DNA of 53,314 nucleotides, counting the filler, from Limisphaerales bacterium (GTDB lineage: Bacteria; Verrucomicrobiota; Verrucomicrobiia; Limisphaerales; SIBE01), in the NCBI GenBank assembly GCA_044225505.1. It is 2 parts of 2 records of this genome, joined end to end, with 100 filler letters (N's around TTAATTAATTAA, not from the genome) between each part and the next. Parts side by side here need not be neighbours in the genome. Positions count along the whole stretch, not along the records: positions 26,854 to 53,314 come from JBGAIN010000119.1; 1 more part is not named here. The stretch is one strand, 5' to 3'. The position numbers were made by a program, and so were the translations under genes. Shown here piece by piece: positions 47,425 to 53,314 of this stretch; position 1 is the first letter of the stretch, and every line of letters starts with the position of its first letter. A model generated the notes under the pieces. It was not told where the DNA came from. It saw only the letters and a program-made list of their open reading frames with translations, and did no database searches.

Positions 47425-48540
47425 TTAAGTATCAGGTTGCAAAATCGGTGTCGGGGCCACGATGCCGCGCATCGTCATGTCCAATCGGTGTTTGTTGACT
47501 GCATAGTGCCGCGCGACATCTTCACTCACGATCCCATCGGCCAGAAGCTCCAGCAAGTATTGATCAAAGGTATGCATTCCCTGATTGACCGAAGCTTCGA
47601 TGATTCCAGAGAGCAGATGCAGATTGTTTGTTTGAATCGCCTCCTGAACTCCCGCATCTCGTTTTAGGATCTCGAGACACGGTGTCCGGCTTCCAGAGGT
47701 GTTCGGTAACAGCCGCTGGGAAACAATCGAATTCAAGTTCCTCGCTAGTAGACTGCTAACCCCAGCCTGCTCGGACGTCGGGTAAAACTCACGAATCCGC
47801 CCGATGGATTGCGCGACGGAATCGGAATGGAGCGTGGTCAAAACGAGGTGTCCTGTCTCCGCTGCTTGCATCGCCGCAAAAATGCTTTCCCGGTCACGTA
47901 TTTCGCCGACGAAGATCACATTCGGATCTTGTCGCATCGCATTTCGAATCCCGTCGGCAAAGGAAGCGGTGTCGATGCCGACTTCGCGCTGTTCGAACTG
48001 AGAAAGCTCGTCCTCAAAGACGTACTCAATTGGGTCCTCAATAGTGACAATTCGCAATGCTTGCGTCTCGTTAATCTCTTGGATCAAAGCGCGCAAGGTC
48101 GTGCTTTTTCCCTGCCCAGTTGGGCCTGTCACAAGAATCAGTCCGCGCGGCTCGCGAATGAGCTCGGTCAGGGATTCTGGCAACTGCAAATCGTGAAGCT
48201 TTAATCGGTGCTGGGAAACAGTCCGAAAGGAAAAGGACTGCTCACCTTTTTGCTTGCTGAAATTCGCTCGATAGCGAAGCCCAGCGCAGTAGAAACTCAG
48301 GTCCAGTTCGGACTGCTTCTCAATCCGATCGACGGTCGCCCCCGAGAAATTCTCGCGCAACATTCCAAAAAGCTCCGACTGGGTTGGAGCTGGAAAATCG
48401 TGGGTGTGGACGCGGCTCAATGTGCCATGCACTCGAATGCGATAAGGTCGACCAGCTTGGGCGTGGAGGTCGGTAGCCATCTGCTGCTGGCACCACTGGA
48501 TCAGCTGCCCTAGCTGGGTGTCTGGCTGGACGTTTTCCAT
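47425..48540 (-). CDS. PilT/PilU-family ATPase
   Basis: Walker A GPTGQGKST, Asp box TIEDPIE, RQDPNVIFVGEIRD, AAETGHLVLTTLH, GMHTFDQ. Confidence 0.92.
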   Translation of the reverse strand: MENVQPDTQLGQLIQWCQQQMATDLHAQAGRPYRIRVHGTLSRVHTHDFPAPTQSELFGMLRENFSGATVDRIEKQSELDLSFYCAGLRYRANFSKQKGEQSFSFRTVSQHRLKLHDLQLPESLTELIREPRGLILVTGPTGQGKSTTLRALIQEINETQALRIVTIEDPIEYVFEDELSQFEQREVGIDTASFADGIRNAMRQDPNVIFVGEIRDRESIFAAMQAAETGHLVLTTLHSDSVAQSIGRIREFYPTSEQAGVSSLLARNLNSIVSQRLLPNTSGSRTPCLEILKRDAGVQEAIQTNNLHLLSGIIEASVNQGMHTFDQYLLELLADGIVSEDVARHYAVNKHRLDMTMRGIVAPTPILQPDT

Positions 48541-48980
48541 ACGGATTCGTCAATATGGCCAATTTATTGCCCCACGAATCGATTGTCTGCTACGCTAAAT
48601 CTTTACCAAACGTCTAGCAATGGCTATTAGCATGTGACATGCCGGAGTCATTGGCGCTTCTTAGCCTCCAGGCGCCGATGCCCAAGCCATGAGCAACACT
48701 CTGGCAGCGTTCTCCGGCCTGTGACTCCCCAGAACCATGCTGTCCGTCGGAATTTCGCAGATGTCGGTGCTGCTCCACGTCTCCACTTTCAAATGACCGT
48801 GGTTAAGCCACTTCGGGAGGGCTGCCGACAATCCAGGAGCGAGCGCGTGAATCTGACGGGTTCTGCGTGAAAGCCACGCCCGGCCGTAGTTATCCCCATT
48901 CGCTGACTTTGTCGTCGCCTGGCGAGGGCGTGTTTTGCTCGCGGAGGTCTTGAACCTCAGAGGAGTCGTTGCCAAGTCGG

Positions 48981-49943
48981 CTACCCGAGTTTCTGTCCAA
49001 TGGAGACGGGAAATCCAGCCAGGAACTCCTGCGCATTGAGACGACGGCCTCCCTCTCGCTGCAATTCCAGGATTCGCAGGGCGCCAGTACCGCAAGCAAC
49101 CACCAGGCCCGCACGGTCGGCAGCGAGGATCGATCCGGCGGAATCTGCCTCACCCGGACTGACTTCCGCTCGCCAAATCTTGAGCCGAGATCGGCGAGGA
49201 TCACCCATCACATGCGTCCAAGCCCCGGGCCAGGGGGTAAATGCGCGGATCCGGTTCCAGAGCACCCGCCGGCAAATTCCAGTCGAGTGTCGTCTTCCTT
49301 GACGATCTTCCGAGCGTAACTGGCCCCGATCTCCGGTTGTTTTTGAGGAACAATCGCGCCGCGGACATACTCTGGGAGGGTTTGGAGCAGCAAGTTTGCG
49401 CCGAGTTCACCGAGTTTGTCATGAAGACTCTGAGCGTCATCTCCTGGCGTAATTTTGAGGCGCTGCTGGGTCAAGATGTCGCCCGTGTCCAGCACCTGCG
49501 TCCATCCGCATGATCGTGACCCCGGTATCGGGTTCATCTGCGAGAAGGGCCCATTGAATCGGTGCTGCCCCGCGATATTTCGGCAGGAGGGATGCGTGCA
49601 CATTGATGCATCCGAATCGCGGCACATCGAGAAGCGTGCGTGGTAAAATCTGGCCGTAGGCGACTACCACCACAAGGTCAGGGGCCAAGCTTGCCAAAGC
49701 CGCAATGAACTCCGGGTCGCGCGCACGGGCCGGCTGCAGGACCGGGAGAGCTCGGGATGCGGCCTCGACTTTCACTGGGGAGGGTTGCGGCTTGAGTTCA
49801 CGGCCCTTCGGCCGGTCGGGTTGAGTCACCACCGCAACGACCAAGAGGCTAGGATGCCTCGCCAAAGCCAGCAGGCTATAAGTTGCCAATGCAGCCGTGC
49901 CGAAAAAAACGATTCGTAAAGGCGGCACGGAGCTAAGCGTCAT
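48981..49943 (-). CDS. fmt: Methionyl-tRNA formyltransferase, split by about 3 frameshifts
   Basis: TQPDRPKGR and NVHASLLPKYRGAAPIQ; LDTGD..YARKIVKED in a second frame; RIRAFTPWPGA in a later segment. Confidence 0.88.
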
Positions 49944-50132
49944 TGGTCCCATCGGCACCCTTTGGCGAAAATCACACTCCAGCTCTGAGTTCCGAGCCAG
50001 GCTCCTGGCGACTTACAGGCATTGGCAGCTGCCACGCACCGCACAAGAACGTCATCCGGGTTTGGATGACCGAGAAAGCGCGAACAGTCGGGAATAGCCA
50101 ATAACAAGTTTTGTATTCGCCGACCGGGCGGT

Positions 50133-50726
50133 TCATGGCCGAACTTTCCCATCGACAATAATGTCCAATATGTCGCGGAGCACTTTGGCTGGCCCTTGGG
50201 TTCCGTCGACCGTATGTGCCAAGGCAGGGCCATAAAAATCTAGCACGGGCCGCGTTTGCTGCTCATAGATCACGAGCCTGGAGCGGATGACTTCGAGATT
50301 GGCGTCATCCAGTCGATTTTCGCGCAAAGCGCGGCGCTGCAAGCGCTCGACCAGCTTAACCGGGTCAGGGCAGCTAAGATTGATCACCGCACGAACTTCA
50401 ATCGCTTCCTGCAACATTTGAGCCTGATGGACATTTCGCGGAATTCCATCCAGGACGAGCGTGTCTCGATCCGGATGAAAATGGCCAGCGCGGGTATTCC
50501 CATCGATGAACTGACGCCAGAGCTTGACCGTCGCGTCGTCCGGAACGAGTTGGCCACGACTGGAGTATTCCACGAACGTCCGCCCAAGGTCGTTATCGGT
50601 TCTAAGATTCCGGAAGACGTCGCCACAGGCGCAATGGAAGAACTGGGGAATTGTCCCAAGGATTTTCCCCTGGGTTCCCTTGCCCGCGCCAGGAGCCCCA
50701 AACAGTAGAATCGTCCGATATTTCAT
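50133..50726 (-). CDS. adk: Adenylate kinase family (short, no LID)
   Basis: GAPGAGKGTQ, GQLVPD, LDGIPR, RLDD. Confidence 0.85.
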   Translation of the reverse strand: MKYRTILLFGAPGAGKGTQGKILGTIPQFFHCACGDVFRNLRTDNDLGRTFVEYSSRGQLVPDDATVKLWRQFIDGNTRAGHFHPDRDTLVLDGIPRNVHQAQMLQEAIEVRAVINLSCPDPVKLVERLQRRALRENRLDDANLEVIRSRLVIYEQQTRPVLDFYGPALAHTVDGTQGPAKVLRDILDIIVDGKVRP

Positions 50727-50845
50727 GAGCGGCCCCAAATTATCTTGGAAATGGCCAGTGAGCAACAGCTGTTCTCCAAAGGATTGGGGAGAGACGACCA
50801 ACCCCGTCAAACAAGGAACGGAGCCACTTCGCAACTTCTCGGAAT

Positions 50846-51802
50846 CTAGCCTTTACTGTCTTTGTGACGCAGAAGAACCTCGGTAATATCCCCGAATGAA
50901 ACCGAGACCTCGCCTCCGCGCAAGAGTTGCACGTGCATTTCGGAAGAGGAAATGCGGCTGATGCGCTTCGCGGTGTGCTCCTCCTTCGCCGTCCGCACAA
51001 TCAGAACCATGTCCTTGTCCGCTTCACTTTGAACGACCCGGAACAGGCCAGGGAACTTGGTCTCCATGAATCGGCGATTAAACGTGAACTCTCCGCGTTT
51101 GTAGCTCTGAGGGCCAGCGGCGGCGGGCGCTGCTGCGCCTTTATCCGCTTGAGCAACGCTCAAACCACTGGCCATCGGAGTCTTGGCAAGTGGTCCGGTG
51201 GAGGACTTTGCTGAGACCTGAGCTGGGTCCGTAGTCTCGGAAGCACCGGCAGCTTCTGTATCGACACCAGGAGGCGGCGGCATCGCCAGGAACAGAAGCG
51301 GTGCGATAACCGGAAATAAAACAGAGAGCCCGCAAACCAGGCCTGGCGGACGATATCGGTAACGAGCAATCTCATATCCAGCATAAACGTTGGCGAGCAA
51401 CAAAACGAACAATGTCGCCAATCCGACCGGGGTGAAAAATGAAGCGAAAAAGTTCGGTTTTTCGACTCGCTCCGCGCGTGGGACTGGTTTAAGAACGATT
51501 TCCTTCTTCTTTTTGTCTTTGTCCTTCGGGACGGGAGGCAACTCGATAAACGGTTCAACGAACTTCGCCGCTTGAGGATTCGCCGAAAGCTCCTTCAACG
51601 TCTCCTGCGTCAGCTTACTCCAACTCAAACGGGGAGAGTGACCACCAATTTCCAGTCGGACTACCATCCCATCATCGTTAAACGACACCGGTTCGCCTCG
51701 AACGACGTCCCCGTTGCTCAGTCGAAACTCGCCTCCCCGAACCAACATGGTAGCGTGCCAAAGACTCAGTGCTGTCAGAAGTAGTAGACGCAAAACGCGC
51801 AT
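50846..51802 (-). CDS. Hypothetical membrane protein
   Basis: Signal peptide, small beta domain, two TMs, C-terminal soluble domain. Confidence 0.72.
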   Translation of the reverse strand: MRVLRLLLLTALSLWHATMLVRGGEFRLSNGDVVRGEPVSFNDDGMVVRLEIGGHSPRLSWSKLTQETLKELSANPQAAKFVEPFIELPPVPKDKDKKKKEIVLKPVPRAERVEKPNFFASFFTPVGLATLFVLLLANVYAGYEIARYRYRPPGLVCGLSVLFPVIAPLLFLAMPPPPGVDTEAAGASETTDPAQVSAKSSTGPLAKTPMASGLSVAQADKGAAAPAAAGPQSYKRGEFTFNRRFMETKFPGLFRVVQSEADKDMVLIVRTAKEEHTAKRISRISSSEMHVQLLRGGEVSVSFGDITEVLLRHKDSKG

Positions 51803-52018
51803 GGTGACGTCTGAATAGCAAACCGCTCGAATCGACGGAAGCAAAATCCCAGAACCTCACCCTTTCGAACGACGGACGTACACCCTGCCACCCTGGTGGC
51901 TCCCGCAACGTTTTCCTTTCCAGAGCGCTCCAGCTGGGTCATAGTCTCGGCCCGTCATGAGTTGCTTTGGGACTCTCCACGCCGGCCTGGTGCGTCTGAG
52001 TCCACTCGAATGCCAAGA

Positions 52019-53314
52019 ATGAAATCTCAGCCCAAACGCTCCAAGAAAACTGAGGCAAAAAAACCGTCGACTCCAAAAAAGACGACGGCCGCCGCTCCGG
52101 CCAAAGCTCCACCAACTCGAGGGCCACGCCTGAAAATCGGCGAGAAGGCTGTTCCCCCCGCCCCCGTCAAGACGCTTCAAACTCTGCCAGAAACAAGCGC
52201 TTCCGCGAATGTCCAACCGGTCGCCAAAGCGACCGAGACCAGGATATTGGGAGCACGTTCCGCACCGCCGAGGACGTCGCGTAAACGCCCGCCGGTTGTG
52301 CTGCCGCCAATCTTGCTGGAAGGAGACGCTTCGTCGGTGCCCTCGGTGAGCGGACCTGGGGAACGTTATGCCATTCGGCCGCCCTCACGGGAGCGGGAAG
52401 TCCCACTCAAACCGATCCCGACGGAGTTACCGGACGGCTACGGTTCGGAACAGCTTTTCTTGACAGCGCGCGATCCACTTTGGCTCTATGCCGCTTGGGA
52501 TTTAACGCCCGCGCAACGCGACTCTTATAACGCCCAATCCCGCGACGGACACCTTATCATCAGGATTTATCAGGACGCCGTTCGAGGAAATGCGCTCAGC
52601 GAGACCCATGTCCATCGGGAATCAAAAAGTTGGTTTCTTTCCGTGGAACGAGGGGGACAACGATACCAAGCCGAATTAGGGTTTTACACGCGGGAGAATG
52701 TTTGGCAGAGAGTCGCACTATCGGCATCCACATTGACACCGCCCGACTCGACGTCTCGGGAAACGACGGTGGAGTTCGCCACGATTCCGCCTAATGTCCC
52801 ACTCAAGAAACTATTTGAAGCTGTTCAGGAAGCAGTCATCGAAAACGCTCCATTGGAGGAGGCGGTTCAGCAACTGAGGAGCGAAGGGTGGACGGAGTTA
52901 CCCGCCGTCGTTCCGACATCGCCACCCGAGTGGACGCCAGCGCAAGCACGCGCCTTGGCCGAGGTCGTGCGACTGGATGATTCGCGCCGGGTTTGGATGG
53001 GCTCCGTCGAGATCACTGAGCTAATTCGCCGCCACCTGCAGCTCAAGAGTTCGTCTCCGGCCCCTTTGCCAACCCCAGGAGGGCCAAGCGCACCGCTCCT
53101 GGAAAGCATTGCTTTAGCCGGGCCGTCCAGTTCGGTGGGAATTCCAGAAGGGCGGGAGTCTGAGAAAAGATCGTTTTGGATCAATATCAATGCCGAACTC
53201 GTCTTGTATGGTGCTACCGAGCCAAGCGCAAAAGTTAGCGCTGACGGGCGCGAAGTCAAATTACGGCCTGATGGAACTTTTAGTTACCGGTTCGCCCTTC
53301 CGGATGGCCAATAC
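52019..53314 (+). CDS. DUF4912 domain protein, running off the window end
   Basis: Frame from ATG 52019 (absent from the ORF track, no stop seen): Lys/Pro-rich N-terminus, ELPDGYGSEQLFLTARDPLWLYAAWD, and C-terminal AELVLYGATEP..DGTFSYRFALPDG in the same frame. Confidence 0.85.
   Translation, partial: MKSQPKRSKKTEAKKPSTPKKTTAAAPAKAPPTRGPRLKIGEKAVPPAPVKTLQTLPETSASANVQPVAKATETRILGARSAPPRTSRKRPPVVLPPILLEGDASSVPSVSGPGERYAIRPPSREREVPLKPIPTELPDGYGSEQLFLTARDPLWLYAAWDLTPAQRDSYNAQSRDGHLIIRIYQDAVRGNALSETHVHRESKSWFLSVERGGQRYQAELGFYTRENVWQRVALSASTLTPPDSTSRETTVEFATIPPNVPLKKLFEAVQEAVIENAPLEEAVQQLRSEGWTELPAVVPTSPPEWTPAQARALAEVVRLDDSRRVWMGSVEITELIRRHLQLKSSSPAPLPTPGGPSAPLLESIALAGPSSSVGIPEGRESEKRSFWININAELVLYGATEPSAKVSADGREVKLRPDGTFSYRFALPDGQY

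Noticed and set aside
48661..48975. Possible small minus-strand ORF between fmt and the pilT-like gene
   Set aside because: No convincing start, RBS or family motif.

Overview
GC-rich bacterial genome fragment, most likely Verrucomicrobiota (Pedosphaera/Limisphaera-like; inferred from gene content, not tested). It is two contigs joined by an artificial N44-TTAATTAATTAA-N44 linker at 26754-26853. The left contig carries a tRNA-Asp with a transposase remnant, a structured trailer and a candidate anti-Shine-Dalgarno sRNA. It also has signal peptidase I, an uncharacterised catabolic operon (SSS, creatininase-family, MFS, two Gfo/Idh/MocA-like paralogs) and trmL-truA-rluA. It ends in a pilM-N-O-P-secretin operon running directly into three tandem paralogous exported proteins. 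The two complete ones (about 1000-1100 aa) have the architecture NHL propeller / CHB_HEX_C-like / cohesin-like / dockerin-like / cohesin-like / shared C-terminal domain; the third is cut by the gap. This secretin-linked cohesin-dockerin array is the best candidate for an undescribed system. The right contig holds mostly housekeeping and accessory genes (AraC, MFS, Nudix, FmdB-like, msrBA, mnmA, sulfatase, emrAB-LysR, gltA-sucCD, yggT/yggU, tatD, pilT-like, fmt, adk, DUF4912), plus palindromic repeats and an internally deleted four-helix-bundle element. Several genes, including fmt, carry frameshifts, which points to assembly error rather than real decay. All calls come from motif recognition by eye; no searches were run.
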